A DNA stretch of 64,000 nt from the human T2T-CHM13v2.0 reference genome, Homo sapiens (GCF_009914755.1 NC_060926.1), one strand, 5' to 3'; numbered from the stretch's first letter, positions 39,280 to 53,544 are shown. Translations and numbers: made by a program. The notes: generated by a model from the sequence alone, not told the origin.

Positions 39280-40890
39280 TTTATTTTTATTTTTTATCTA
39301 ATTTTTTTCTTTATTTCTTCTAAAAAAAAAAAAAGAAATGGGATACATGTGCAGAACATGCAGGTTTGTTACATAAGTATATGTGTACCATGGTGGTTTG
39401 CTGCTCCTATTGATCTTTCCTCCCCTTACTCCCCCATCCCCCATCAGGCCCTGGTGTGTGTTGTTCCCCTCTCTGTGTCCAAGTGTTCTCATTATTTAAC
39501 TCCCACTTATGAGTGAGAACATGCAGTGTTTGGTTTTCTGTTCCTGTGTTAGTTTGCTGAGGATGATGGCTTCCAGCTTCATCCATGTGCCGGCAAAGGA
39601 CATGATCTCATGCCATTTTATGGCTGCATAGTATTCCACGGTATATATGTACCACATTTTCTTTTTTTTCCTTTCCTTTTTTAAACTTTTTATTATTATT
39701 TTTTAATTTTACCCTAAGTTCTGGGATACATGTGCAGAATGTGCAGGTTTGTTACATAGGTATACATGTGCCATGGTGGTTTGCTGCACCTATCAACCCG
39801 TCATCTAGGTTTTAAGCCTCACATGCATTAGGTATTTGTCATAATGCTCTCCCTCCCCTTGCCCCCCATCCTCTGACAGGCCCCGGTGTGTGATGTTCCC
39901 CTCCCTGTGTCCATTTGTTCTCATTGTTCAGCTCCCACTTATGAATGAGAACATGTGGTGTTTGGTTTTCTGTTCCTGTGTTAGTTTGCTGAGAATGATA
40001 GCTTACAGCTTCATCCATGTCCCTGCAAAGGACATGAACTCATTCTTTTTTATGGCTGCATAGTATTCCATGGTGTATATGTGCCACATGTTCTTTATCC
40101 AGTTTATCATTGATGAATATTTGGGTTGGTTACAAGTCTATGCTTTGTAAATAGTGCTTCAGTAAACATATGTACCACATTTTCCACATTTTCTTTATCC
40201 AGTCAGTCATTGATGGGCATTTGGGTTGGTTCCATGTCTTTGCTGTTGTAAATAGTGCTGCAGTGAACATACATGTGCATGTGTCTTTATAGTACAATGA
40301 TTTATGATCTTTTGGGTATATACCCAGTAATGGGATTACGGGGTCAAATGGTATTTCTAGTTCTAGATCCTTGAGGAATCGCCACATTTTCTTCCACAAT
40401 GGTTGAACTAATTTACATTCCTACCAACAGCGTAAAAGCATTTCTATTTCTCCACAGCCTTGCCAGCATCTGCTGTTTCCTGACTTTTTAATAATCGCCA
40501 TTCTGACTGGCATGAGGTGGTATATCATTGTGGTTTTGCTTTGAATTTCTCTGATGATCAGTGATGTCGAGCTTTTTTTCATATGTTTGTTGGCCATATA
40601 AATGTCTTCTTTTGAGAAGTGTCTGTTCATATCCTTTGACCACTTTTTGATGAGGTCGTTTGTTTTTTTCTTGTAAATTTGTTTAGTTCCTTGTAAATTC
40701 TGGATATTAGACCTTTGTCAGATGGGTAGATTGCAAAAATTTTCTCCCATTCTGTAGGTTGCCTGTTCACTCTGATGATAATTTTCTTTGCTATGCAGAA
40801 GCTCTTTAGTTCAATTATATCCCATTTATCAATTTTGGCTTCTGTTGCACTTGCTTTTGGTGTTTTTGTCATGAAGTCTTTACCCATGTC
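39280..40890 (-). mobile_element. L1PA 3' fragment (outer), split by a nested L1
   Basis: ttcttctaaaaaaaa..gggatacatgtgcagaacatgcagg; ORF2 C-terminal peptides ([34 protein letters not shown]). Confidence 0.92.
39662..40167 (-). mobile_element. L1PA 3' fragment (inner) with 17-bp TSD
   Basis: Second T-rich tail plus aagttctgggatacatgtgcag; TSD atatgtaccacattttc at 39645-61 and 40168-84. Confidence 0.88.
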
Positions 40891-42151
40891 AACTACTTTC
40901 TTTACTTGGTTATTCTCTGTTTTTCCCTTCATAGGCATTTGCTTGTGCCACCTCTTTTGATATTGTTCTCCTTCTATCTTATAATCAAGTCAAGCCCAAC
41001 TATTCAGGCCTTTTTAAAAGCTTTTAATTCCATACATTTTTTTCCAACTCACTTCCACTAGGAATTATCTTTTCTTTCTTTAACTCTGCTAGAGTACTGA
41101 AACTCACTTAAAGCACTGTGATTGTTCCTTTGTGTTATAATTATTTCTTGTGTATAAGTTCTTTATGTTGTATCCTTCTACTAGATTATGACTTTTTGAG
41201 GCAGAGGCCATGTCTTTTGTTTTGTTTTCCTTTGGATAGTACCTTGCAGAGGGTTGACCTTTATAATTGCTAGTTGAATGGGCCAGTGGATGAAGGGTTT
41301 TAGTTCTGGTGAAATCTCTTTTTTTGTAGCTTCTTTATTCTTGCTTCTTTCTTTGTTTTAGAAGCCTCTCACTAGTATAAAGTTGGTGGATTTTGCATGA
41401 TATTGGATACATGTAGATATGTTAGTCTGACCTTAGGCTGTTAAGTTGTGACCATTGACATTCTAGTCTTGGATATAGTTGCCAGTTTGCTGATTCCCTC
41501 ACATATTCTCAGACCATCTCATCTACAGGGAACAGCCTCCCGACTCGGAGCCTATTGGCCTCTGCTCAACCAGGATAATCCCTCCCAGAGAGCCCCTCAT
41601 CCTGCTTCAAGCTCTAAATGGAGGAATGTTACTTTTTATGCCAAATGCCTTATTTTGCCCATGCCCTTCCTTATTTTCTTGAGCATATTCCTTCTATCCA
41701 AAGTTAAATTCTGTGATAATTGTTGGTTTCCATTATTTTTATTTTTTATCCTCAGTGATTTAATTTTATCATACAAGATCTATCAAATATTTTCCATGTT
41801 TTAAGTTGTCCTGAAGCAGATCCACGTTATTAATAGACTAATTTTAATCTTGACAAAATCAAATGCAAAGTGATCCCAAGTTTATTTCTGGTTCTAAATG
41901 ATCAAAAAGACCATCATATTTCTGGCTTATCTCAATTTTCTCTCATGTGGCTTCCCTTGTCTAGTAGCTTTTATATTTGTATAGTTTCATTTTATTAGCT
42001 GATAACAACTCTTTGGTTAAGGGTTTGGTGGGATAAAAAGTTTACATATGAGTTAATTAGCCTTTTTTTTTGGTGAGGAAGAAAACTTAAATATTCTATG
42101 AATCCATATTATTTCTAGTTTCCTTTTGTACCAGGTCACCAAGTTATAAAG

Positions 42152-42375
42152 CAGGGGTGTCTAATCTTTTGGCTTCCCTGGTCCACATTAGAAGAAGAAT
42201 TGTCTTGGACCACACATAAAATACACTAATATTAACCATAGCTTATGAGCTAAAAAAAAAAAAATCGCAAAAAAAAACTCATCATATTTTAAGAAAGTTT
42301 ACGAATTTGTGTTGGGCCGCATTCAAAGCTGTCCTGGACCACATGCAGCCACAGGCCATGGGTTAGACAAGTTTG
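42152..42375 (+). mobile_element. MER30 hAT-Charlie MITE
   Basis: caggggtgtctaatcttttggcttccctgg...ggttagacaagtttg. Confidence 0.9.
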
Positions 42376-42579
42376 CTCCAAACTAAACTATACACCTTAT
42401 TCTAAAATTGCATTAAATGAAACACATGGCATCTAACCACATTGATCTTTGCTTTAGAAAGTATTTCAAAATCTTTCAAGTGGCACACTTCAAGATGTGA
42501 CACTCTGATGGTCACTATAAATGTCAAGTTAGCATGATAGTGAAAATATGCCAGAACACTCATAGCAGGAGAGTTTAGT

Positions 42580-42820
42580 AATAATAGCTACTATTTATTA
42601 CATGCCAACTATGTATGAATATTTACACCCTTACCTCATTCAATCCTCACACCACAGAGATAATGTGAGCTGTGAAATGTACTCTACTCTCAAGCACAGG
42701 AGCTATGTAACTTGTCCAAGGCCACTCACATATCTAGTAAGTGGTAGAGTTGAGCTTTAAATTCAGGCATTTTGGTTTCGGAATCTGTGCTCTTGTGCAC
42801 TAATCTGTATTGCCTCTTAA
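42580..42820 (-). mobile_element. MIR
   Basis: taataatagctactatttatt..cctcattcaatcctcac..gtaacttgtccaaggccac. Confidence 0.8.
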
Positions 42821-43006
42821 TTACTACAGGATTCTCAAACTTTGGCATGCATAAGGATCATCTTGGGGAGCTGCCAAGATATATCATCACTCACTCTACC
42901 AGGATTACTGTTCTAGTACAGTATACCGAAATATACTCTAGAAAGGGAATTAGAAAATTTTTGTGTGTGTGCCCCAAACTAGCTATGTGACTTCGGCCAA
43001 ATCACT

Positions 43007-43377
43007 TGTATTCGTCAGGGTTCTCCAGAGAAACAGAACTAATATGATATGTGTATATACAGATATAGAGAGAAAGAGATTTATTATTAAGAATTGGCTC
43101 ATGATTATGGATGTTGGTGAGTTCAAAATCTGTAGTGTTGACTGGCAGGCAGAGACCCAGGAGAACTGATGGTGCAGTTGATGTCTGAAATCAGTCTTCT
43201 CCAGAATTCCCTCTTGCTTGGGGATGCTGGTCTTTTTGTTCTATTCAGGTCTTCTACTGATTGGATAAGACCTACCCACATTGTGGACGGTGATCTGCTT
43301 TACCCCAAATTTGCAGACTTAAATGTGAATCCCATCCAAAAAATATTCACCAAGTTGACACATAAAATTATTCATCA
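43007..43377. mobile_element. MLT2 (ERVL) LTR
   Basis: tgtattcgtcagggttctccagagaaacagaac...aagttgacacataaaatta. Confidence 0.88.
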
Positions 43378-45127
43378 TTTGACTCAACCCCTCTGAGTTC
43401 CATAGATCAAATCTCATTGAGAAGATCACCAGGGATTGGGCCAGATGGTTATAACTACATAATAGATGCACCAAAGTGGTGACCAGTGGAACACACCCTG
43501 AAAAGTGATGACTTTAGTTTGGCTCATCTAGAGTTGTTTTTTTAAAGCAACCAGTGTTTAAAAAAATTGTTTGAATTACCAGAAGTTGCTAACAAGTTCT
43601 ACATAAAAATCTGTATTTCTAGTTTCTTGGGAAAAAAAACAACAACAAACAAGTGATGATCTGGCAACACTGCATGACAACAGTGTAGCTGAGCCACAGA
43701 TGCTACCTGTAGGAGTGGCTTGCAACCTCCCAAATGCCTACCACTCCTCCCATTTCATTCGCCTGGTTCATTGCACTTATTTCTGTGTGCTTCAGAGCTC
43801 TTGTGGGCGTTTAAGTTTTTAATCCTTGCCTCCATAGCTACTAAACATCTGTGGCACCTCCACCTCTCAATTATAAATGACAAAGAGAGAACTAGGATTT
43901 CTGTAACACAGTGAATGCCCGAGCTTGGGCTGGAAAACAGAGCTATCTCTTCATTGTGAGTGTGTGTGGTTTATCACCGTTCCCAGAGTTCCCTTCTCTG
44001 GGTTCCTCAGATCACTGCCTTCTTTCACATTAATAAAAAACATGCTTTTATATTCCTGCATACTTCTTTTTCATAGGAGGTGATAGAAATTGTGAGCTGC
44101 CTTCTTCAGAGTCACTGAGTGGGGTCACTAGATAAAAAGATGGAGGAACATTGATGTAAGAATAGAAGCTGCTAATTTTGCATGGAGTTGAGTTAGTTCA
44201 TGAAGCAATTTCAAATGTAAGAATTACTTTCCTTTTAGCAAGGCTGGCTTTATAGGAAAACAGAATGATCAGTCTAATAGTAAGATTTCATTTTACATAG
44301 CCTCATTACTTCCCCACTTGTTCCCTGAATGCTCAAATTACTTCAACCAGGACAAATAGCAGTTCATATAGCAGAGATTGAGAGTAGCAACACATGGCTT
44401 AAATTGACAAAGGAACAAAATGGTGATATTAGAGCCATACTGCAAATACATTTTGGTGGGGGGACTAGGGAAAAGATGAAACCAAGGGACACTGTATAGT
44501 CTGAAAGCTGCAGAAGGGAAAAGTGTACAATAATGGAGAAGCTTAGAGGACCAAGATTTGCTTTACCATCTGTGCAGTATGACTGGCACAGCCACATCTT
44601 TTCTTTTCATGTTAAAATGTCTATGGCCATTTTTGGGGGGACAAAACAGATACAAATTGTCATTAGGGAATTGAGAATTAATTCAATCAGCCATATGGTT
44701 TGCAAACAAGCTTTATTTTTCTGTGTTTAAAAAATGCATTTAAGATGTATAGCATTATTATGGTTTCTCTAGAAGTCATCCTTCATAAAAGTAATTCGGT
44801 AATGTTAGAATCTCTGTCAGTTTCTTGGCAAATAGTATTCGATTATAAATTTATGCTCCACAGGACACACAATTTTAGAAATGTTCTGGAATGTTTCCAA
44901 ATTTTATTTTGGAACTTGGCATTTGGTTTCTCTTTAATAATCTCAATCAATAATGGTTTATACTAGTCATAAATGTGTTAGCTTTAAATAGCTGCCATAT
45001 TCCATTTCAGTAGAAATGCTTTTCCCTTTCCCATAGTGTGTATTTGAATATTCATTTTTGTGTGCAAAGTTTTTTCCTTGATACTTGGATTCCTGTGGAT
45101 AAATTATTTGAAGGTCATTTGGGAAGG

Positions 45128-45129
<2 letters not shown>

Positions 45130-45173
<44 letters not shown>
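45130..45173. repeat. (GA)n microsatellite
   Basis: Directly visible. Confidence 0.95.
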
Positions 45174-45177
<4 letters not shown>

Positions 45178-46349
45178 ATGCATAGGTTTTAATGTCTAAC
45201 ATTAGATTTTTTGCTTGGGAGGTGTATGCTTGCCTCTAGATTTTTCATTCTTAGAACATTTTCTATTACTTTTTATTTCTATTAATTTTGAAGATATCAG
45301 GATCATTATTAACTCTAGCCAGTTGCTTATTTAAATTTTGAATAGATTTATAGCTTTTTTATTTTTAAATCTACTTAAGAGTTTATTTATATATCCCTTT
45401 TCCTTGAAATCATAGAAAGAGAACTATTATACTTAATACTAGTTTTGTGCTTCCTATGGTATCTTTTGGAATAACCTTAGTAAAGGACTGACTATAGCTG
45501 CTGGAGGATTGCTTATTATGCTTTTCTGCTAGGAACTGTAGTCTTATAATATTAATATTTGGCTCAGACAAAATAAGCTTAGGTCCTAGGGCCATGGCAG
45601 TTAACGTCTTTTTTCTCCAACCAAATAATAGACTCTATGTGAGAGGTGGTTTTGGAAATGAAACTTTAGACCTTAGGGGTTGTTTTGATTTACAGGATAG
45701 GTGATAATGGTGCTTTCTCCTGGAACAAAGGATGAGATATTTCCTGCCTCTTCAACTGAGGTAAAGAATGGAAAGTAACAAGAAATATACTGTGTTTTAG
45801 AATATAAATAAATGGACTGGGAGGAAGGCTGTATCTGTTTGAAGTAGTTATTCTATTATAATTAGTAACAAAAATAATTTGTATTTGAGTAATATAAGTG
45901 ATCAAGCTATCCTTGGAATGTATATGGCATAGTATACAGTAAAGTTGTTTTTAATGAGAGAAAAGTATATTGTAAAAGACTCTATGCCCTCAGAATAGCT
46001 TGCAGAGTTTGTTCATAACTCCTTTATCTTAACTCTTATCCTCCTTCTCCCTTTAAACATCTCTAAACACAAAAGGAATGATGGTACATGTATTAATAAG
46101 TCATTTAGGATGCCAATGTAGAGACCACCCAGCATACCTATGAGCAGACTGCTGATGCTCAGAGTCACCACTTGCAGTTTGGGACATTTAAAGTGGAGTA
46201 AAATATAAATGGCTTATCTGTGTGACCACTTGATTAACCACAGGTGGATTATCCTTAGTGACTTCAAAATTTATCGTTAGTTTTTCTCTTCAACTCAGAG
46301 TTCTTCTGGATCATCCATCACTGTGTGGTAACTAACGTAAACTAATTGA

Positions 46350-49300
46350 ATTTCTTTTTAATTTTTAATTTTTGTGGGTACACAGTAGGTATATATATTT
46401 ATGGGGTACTTGAGATATTTCGGTACAGGCACACATGCCTAATAATCACATCAGGGTAAGTGGAGCATCCATTTCCTCAATTATTTGCCCTTTCTTTGTG
46501 TTACAATGGTCCAATTATACTTTTAGTTATTATAAAATGTATAATACATTATTGTTCACTGTAGGCACTCTTTTGTGCTATCAAATACTAAGCCTTATTC
46601 ATTCTAAGTATGATTTTGTACCCATTAATCATCCCCACTCCCCATTCCCCCATTACCTTTCCCAGCCTCTAGTAATTATCTTTCTACTATCTCCATGGGT
46701 TTGTTTTTATTTTTAGCTTCCACAAATAAGTGAGAACATGCAAAATTTGTCATTCTGTGCCTGACTTAACATAATGCCCTCCAGTTCTGCCTATGTTTTT
46801 GCAAGTGGAAGGATATCATTCTTTTTTATGACTGAATAGTACTTGATTGTGTATATGCACCACATTTTCTTTATCCATTTGTCTCTTGATGGACACTTAT
46901 GTTGTTTCCAAATATAGGCTATTGTGAACAGTGTTGCAGCGAACATGGGAGTACAGATATCTCTTTGATATACTGATTTCCTTTCTTCTGAGTATACACC
47001 TAGCAGTAGGATTGCTGGATCATATGTTAGCTCTATTTTTAGTTTTTTGAGGAACCTCCAAACCGTTCTCCATAGTGGTTGCACTAATTTACAACCACTA
47101 TGGATTGTACCACCTATGGATGAAGGTTCCCTTTTCTTCACATCCTTGTCAGCATTTGTTATTGACTGAATTTGGTTAAAAGCCATTTTAACTGGGGCGA
47201 GATGATATCTCATTGTAGTTTTGATTTGCATTTCTTTGATGATCAATGATGTTGAGCATCTTTTTATATGCCTGTTTGCCTTTTGCATGTCTTCTTTTGA
47301 GAAATATCTATTCAGATCTTTTGCCCATTTAAAAGTCAGATTGTTAGATTTTTTCCTATAGAGTTGTTTGAGCTCTTACATACTCTGGTTATTAATCCCT
47401 TGTTAGATGGACAGTTTGTGAATATTTTCTCCCCATTCTGTGTGATGTCTCTTCACTTTGTGGGTTGTTTCTTTTGCTGTGCAGAGCTTTTTAACTTGAT
47501 GTGATCCCATCTGCCCGTTTTTGCTTTGGTTGCCTTTGCTTGTAGGGTATTAATCAAGAAATCTTTGCCCAGTCCAATGTCCTAGAGAGTTTTCCCAATG
47601 TTTTCTGGTAGTAGTTTCACAGTTTGAGGTCTTAGATTTAAGTCTTTAATTCATTTTGATTTGATTTTTGTATATTGTGAGAGATAGGGATCTAATTTCA
47701 TTCTTCTGCATGTGGATGGCTATCCAGTTTTCCCAGCATCATTTATTGAAGAGGAGATCCTTTCCCCAATGTATGTTTTTGTCACCTTTGTCAAAAATGA
47801 GTTTGCTGTAGAGGTATGAATTTGTTTCTGGGTTCTCTATTCTGTTCCATTAGTCTATGTATCTGTTTTTAAAACCAGAGTACCATGCTGTTTTGTACAG
47901 TACCATTACTGTAGCTTTGTAGTATAACTTGAAGTCGGATAATGTAATTTGTCTAGTTTTCTTCTTTTTGCTTAGGTTAGCTTTGGCTATGGTGTGTCTT
48001 TTGTGGTTTTATATAAATTTTAGGATTGTTTTCTCTCTGTGAAGAATGTCATTGGTATTTTGATAGAGATGGCATTGAATCTGTAGATTTCTTTCAGTAG
48101 TATGAACGTTCTAACAGTATTAATTCTTCCAATCCATGAACATGGAAGAATCTTTGAGTTCTTTGTGTCCTTTTCCATGTCTTTCATAAATGTTGTATAG
48201 TTTTCATTGTAGAGATCTTTCAGTTTTTTGGTTAATTCCTGGGTATTTTATTTTATTTTATTTGTAGCTAATATAAATGGGATTGCTTCATTGATTTATT
48301 TTTCATGTTGTTCATTGTTGGCATATAGACATGCTACTGATTGTTGTATGTTGATTTTGTATCCTGTAACTTTACAAAATTTGTTTATCAGTTCTAATAG
48401 TTTTTTGATGGAGTCTTCAGGTTTTTCTAAATGTAAGATCATACCATCTGCAAACAAGGAAATTTGACTTCTTCCTTTCCAATTTCAATGCCCTTTATTT
48501 CTCTCTTGTCTGATTGCTCTAGCTAGGAGTTCCAATTAATGGTGGTAAAATGGGCATCCTTGTCATGTTCCAGATCTTAGAGGAAAGGCTTTCAGTTTTT
48601 TTGCTGTTCAATATGATACTAACTGTGGGTTTGTCTTATATGGCTTTTATTATGTTGAGGTATGTTCTTTTTATACCCTGTTTTTTGAGAGTTTTTATCA
48701 TGAAGGGATATTGGATTTTATCAAATGCTTTTTCAGCATCAATTGAAATAATCATATGTTTTTTATCTTTTATTCTATTGATATATCACATTGATTAATT
48801 TGTGTGTGTTGAACCATCCTTGCATTCCTAAGATAAATCCCACTTGGTCATGATGAATGATTTTTTAATATGCTATTGAATCTGGTTTGATAGCATTTTA
48901 TTGATGGTTTTATTGGCCTGTAGTTTTCTTTTATTGATGTATCTTTGTCTGATTTTTGCATCAGGGTAATACTGGACTTGTAGAATGAGCTTGGAAGTAT
49001 TCCCTCATCCTCTATTTTTTGGCATAGTTTGAGTAGGAGTAGTATTAGTTTTTCTTTAAATATTTGGTAAAATTCAGCAGTGATGGCATCAGGTCCTGGG
49101 CTTTTATTTGCTGGGAGACTTTTTACTACAGCTTTGATCTTTTGTTTACTTGTTACTAATCTCTTCAGGGTTTGGATTTCTTCATGGTTCAATCTTCGTA
49201 GGTTGTATTTGTCTAGGAATTTATTCATCTTTTCTAGGTTTTCCAATTTATTGGCATATAGTTGCTCATAGCAGCCTCTCATGGTCTTTTGAATTTCTGT

Positions 49301-50743
49301 GGTATTGGTTGTCATATCTCCTTTAACATCTCTGATTTTATTTATGTAGGTCTTCTGTCTTTTTTTCTTAATCTGGCTAAAGTTTTGTTGATTGTTTTTA
49401 ATCTTTTCAAAAAATCAGCTTTTAGTTTCATTGATCTTTTGTATTGTTTTCTTCATTTATTTCTGCTTTCATCTTCACTATTTTTTCCTGCTGATTTTGT
49501 GTTTGGGTTGCTCTTGCTTTTCTAATCTTTAAGATACACTATTAGATTGCTTATTTGAAGTTTTACTTCTTTTTTGATGTAGGCACTTATAACTATACAT
49601 TTCCCTTTTAGCACTGTTTTTGCTATATCCCATAGGTTTTAGTATGTTGTGTTTCCAATATCACTTGTTTCAAAAAAATTTTCAGTTTCCTTCTTAATTT
49701 CTTTATTGACCTATTGGCCATTCAGGAACAGGAGCATGTTGTTTAATTTCCATGTGTTTGTATAGTTTCCAAAGTTTCTCTTGTTAATGATTTCTAGTTT
49801 TATTCCACTGTGGTTAGAGTCTCACCCAAGGCCCACAGCATGTACTACCTGGCTACCACTCTTGACTATTCAGGGCCCAAGGGCTCTTTAGTCAGCAGAT
49901 GATGAATCCTGCCAGGACTGGGTTCTTCCCTTCAAGGAAGGGTTTTTCTTCTGGCTCAGGGTGTGTCTAGAAATGTCATCTGGGCATCCAGGAGATAGGG
50001 CCTCAGAACTCTGCCTCATGCCCTATCCTACTATGGCTGAGCTGGTATTCAAGTTGCAAGACAAAGTTCTCTTTACTCTTCCCTCTCCACTCCTCAAGCA
50101 GAAGGAAGGAGTCTCTTTTGGAGCTGTGAGCTGTGTTGCCTGTGGTTGTGGAAGAGATGGTGCACATGAGCTGGTCTCACTAGGTCACATGCCCCCAAGT
50201 TCACTGTCTCTGAGCCCAGCACAGCACCAGGACTTTCCCAAGAATTGCAGTCCTTGTGGCCTAGACTGCCTTTCAAGTTTATTTAGGACCTCAGAGTACT
50301 TTAGCCAGGGTGATAAGCCTTGCCAGAATTCAGGTTCTGACTTCTGGGATGGGTGATTCCCTTTTGGCTAGGGCTGGCCTGAATTCACCCTCCATTGAGT
50401 TTTGCCTGTATTGCTTTCTGCTGTGACAGGGCAAGACTGAGTTTCGGTGTAAAGTCTAACAATCACTGTGCTCTCCCTTCCCCAGGCACATAGATTCTCT
50501 CTTTGAACAATGCAGCTGCTGCAGGGGATGGGGAAGGGATGGCACTGGCAATTCAAGACTGCCTTTCCTACTTCTTCAGTGCCTCTTTCACCAATATGAA
50601 GTTAAAACCAGGTACTGTGGTCACTTACCTGATTTTTGGTTCTTATGATGGTGCTTTTTTTTCTGTGAATAGTTGTTCAATTTGGTGTTCCTTCAGGGAG
50701 GATGATTGATGGAGGCTACTATTTGGCCATCTTGCTCTGTCTC
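46350..50743 (-). mobile_element. L1MA (1-4-like): 3'UTR and ORF2 (46350-49818) joined to L1M 5'UTR (49819-50743)
   Basis: Decayed ORF2 peptides (46791-47288; 48848-49315 YEQLYANKLENLEKM..KSPGPDAITAEFYQ); 5' terminus-like ggccatcttgctctgtctcc. Confidence 0.88.
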
Positions 50744-50756
50744 CATCCATACTAAT

Positions 50757-50874
50757 TTTTTTTTTTTTTTTTTTTTGAGACAGAGTCTCGCTCTGTCGCC
50801 CAGGCTGGAGTGCAGTGGCACAATCTTGGCTCACTGCAAGCTCCGCCTCCTGGGTTCATGCCATTCTCCTGCCT
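50757..50874 (-). mobile_element. Heavily 5'-truncated AluY with TSD
   Basis: ctgcaagctccgcctcctgggttcatgccattc; TSD catccatactaatttt at 50744-59 and 50875-90. Confidence 0.92.
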
Positions 50875-51014
50875 CATCCATACTAATTTTTTTTAAATCT
50901 GCCTGGGCCCTGTAGCTAGAGTAAGGTCAGAGTCTGGGGCAGAACTAAACATGGAAGCAGAGTCTGCTGCTCCAGCTCAGAGACTAGAGGGTCAGAGAGT
51001 TGAATGGGTGCTGA

Positions 51015-51353
<339 letters not shown>

Positions 51354-52286
51354 TAAATTTAGAAGTAACTTGGGTATCACTAGATACATATGGGCAACTG
51401 GAATGCATTCTAAACTGAGTAATTAGAATTGAAATAATCTGCTCAAAAGTAGGAACACTGCTTTCCATTTTATATTTCTTTATTTACTTTGGGGGTTTCT
51501 TTAGTGACTCTTCCAGGACTTGTATGTGGGTTCATTATTTACTTGACAGTTAAAAAGTTGGTCAGAAAAGTTATGTCTGCCTCCTAGTCATAAATGAAAA
51601 GGTAAGAAATCCAGAGGAAAAAATTACATATTCTCTCTTAGTTTATTTTTATTATCAATAAAATGTCAGTGCCCTTTAAATGCTGAACTTTATCATGCAT
51701 ATGAACTTTGAATTATTTTTGTTCAGAAGAGAGAAACATGGAAAGAAATTATATGCTCCCTCATATAACTCAAAGGCCTGATCCATCAAAGCTAGAAAAG
51801 TTATTGTCATCTTGGGTGACTTTTGATTTCTCCCTTGTTCTTGTAAGGCCTACTCTCTTCCACTCACCAATATCTTCTAGTAGCTTCCCCCTGGTGATGT
51901 GTGGCTGGCTGAGTAGCTTCTTGAGAACATAGCCATTATTGAGCTTAATTGTCTTTCACTTATTATTCTAGTGACATTCTATTACCTCAAGATAACATAC
52001 AAGTCTAATTTACCTAAGTGGATACTGCTTTTGTGTGTTACATTATGCTTTAGAATTTCAAGGTTCTGAAATTATTTTATGCTTTTTAGGAATCCAAAAA
52101 TTAAGCTGTTTTCTGTTATTTTCTTTAATCTTCACTAGTAAATGAGATTAACATGCATGGAAATCTGGCCTTGGGAGAACTAAACCCAAGTGGTCACATA
52201 AAACCCAGGAACTATGTCAGCCTTAAAAGGCCAATCCATCATTCCTAGCAAGGTGAATGTACCACACAGAATTATCAGAGATCCCC

Positions 52287-52402
52287 CCTTACAAAATGGT
52301 AATAACAAAAATATTTGTCATTTTTGGGGTACTTTCTAGGTTTCCTTATAAAATGATAATAACAAAAGTATTCATCATTTTTGGGGTACTTTCTAGGTTT
52401 CC
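52287..52402. repeat. 57-bp tandem duplication (2 copies)
   Basis: cctta-aaaatg-taataacaaaa..tcatttttggggtactttctaggtttcc twice. Confidence 0.93.
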
Positions 52403-52822
52403 AACTCTTTAGAGATATTATTCTAAGGCAATTAACTGGGAAAATAGAAATAGTTAAAAATCACTTTCTTTGCATTGAAGGGCTTCCAGTATACCATGGT
52501 GCTAACTTAATTCTCCAGTTTTAGTTTCCATTCCTCTATAAAAAATTATTTTATCTAATCAGAATGGTCTGTTTCTCAACAAAGCAGTCTCTCAATACCA
52601 GTACAGGATGCTGATTAGGAAATTAAAATTGTTCTTCTGGAGACTATCTTTGGTTTTTCACTGAATTTCTTATTCTACTGGACGTTTTCAGAACATAGTG
52701 CAGGTATTAGTCACTGCAGATTACTCCCCTTACCCCTCTTCTGAGATCTTAGAATGTTCTGGATGATCTGATGGCTGGTTCAGAGATGGCTGTTTTATAA
52801 GTTAAGAGTAATTCATTTAAAA

Positions 52823-53141
52823 CAGGGTCCCCAACCCCCAGACCACGGTCTGGTTAGGAACCGGGCCACACAGCAGGAGGTGAGCTACAGGTGAGTGAAC
52901 ACTATCGCCTGAGCAGTCCACCTCCTGTCAGATCAGTGGCAACATTAGATTTTCATAGGAGTGGTAACTATTTGTGAACTGCATATGCAAGGGATCTAGA
53001 TTGTGTGTGCCTTATGAGAGTCTAATGCCTGATGATCTGAAGTGGAAGAGTTTCATCCTGAAACAACCTCCCACTCTGGTCCATGGAAAAATTATCTTCC
53101 ATGAAACTAGTTCCTGGTACCAAAAAGTTTGGCGACCACTG
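52823..53141 (+). mobile_element. MER1B hAT-Charlie element
   Basis: cagggtccccaacccc...ggcgaccactg with perfect 8-bp TSD atttaaaa. Confidence 0.92.
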
Positions 53142-53544
53142 ATTTAAAAGGACAATTTACACAAAATCACCCTCAAAGTGCATGTGTGAGTCTAGCATAT
53201 GTTGTAGTGTACATTTTTTATAGGGTGTGCATAGTGGCAATATGTCCTCTATAATAGAGTTGAGATATCTGCTTTCTCAAGGCTAGACTCTGAGTTAATT
53301 AGGTGGAGTGATCCTCCTGATGTGTAAGACAGTTCCAGGCAAGTGCTATTTATGCCTGCTTCTCCATTGGTGCCAGCAGTAACTTGACTCTCCCCTTAAC
53401 TCCCTAAGCCTTTTATCTCTCTCTTACTGAGAGCTTTCATCACCTCCATCCTGTGTTGTAGATCTAGCTATCTACTCTTTTTCTCCCTTCTTGTTTTTCA
53501 CATTGCTTGACTCATAATGTTTGCTTAATACATATGGTAATCAT

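Noticed and set aside
40130-40938. Three consecutive minus-strand ORFs
   Set aside because: Decayed L1 ORF2 C-terminus.
46791-49315. RT-related ORFs of 155-165 aa
   Set aside because: Frameshifted, stop-ridden L1 ORF2 remnants.
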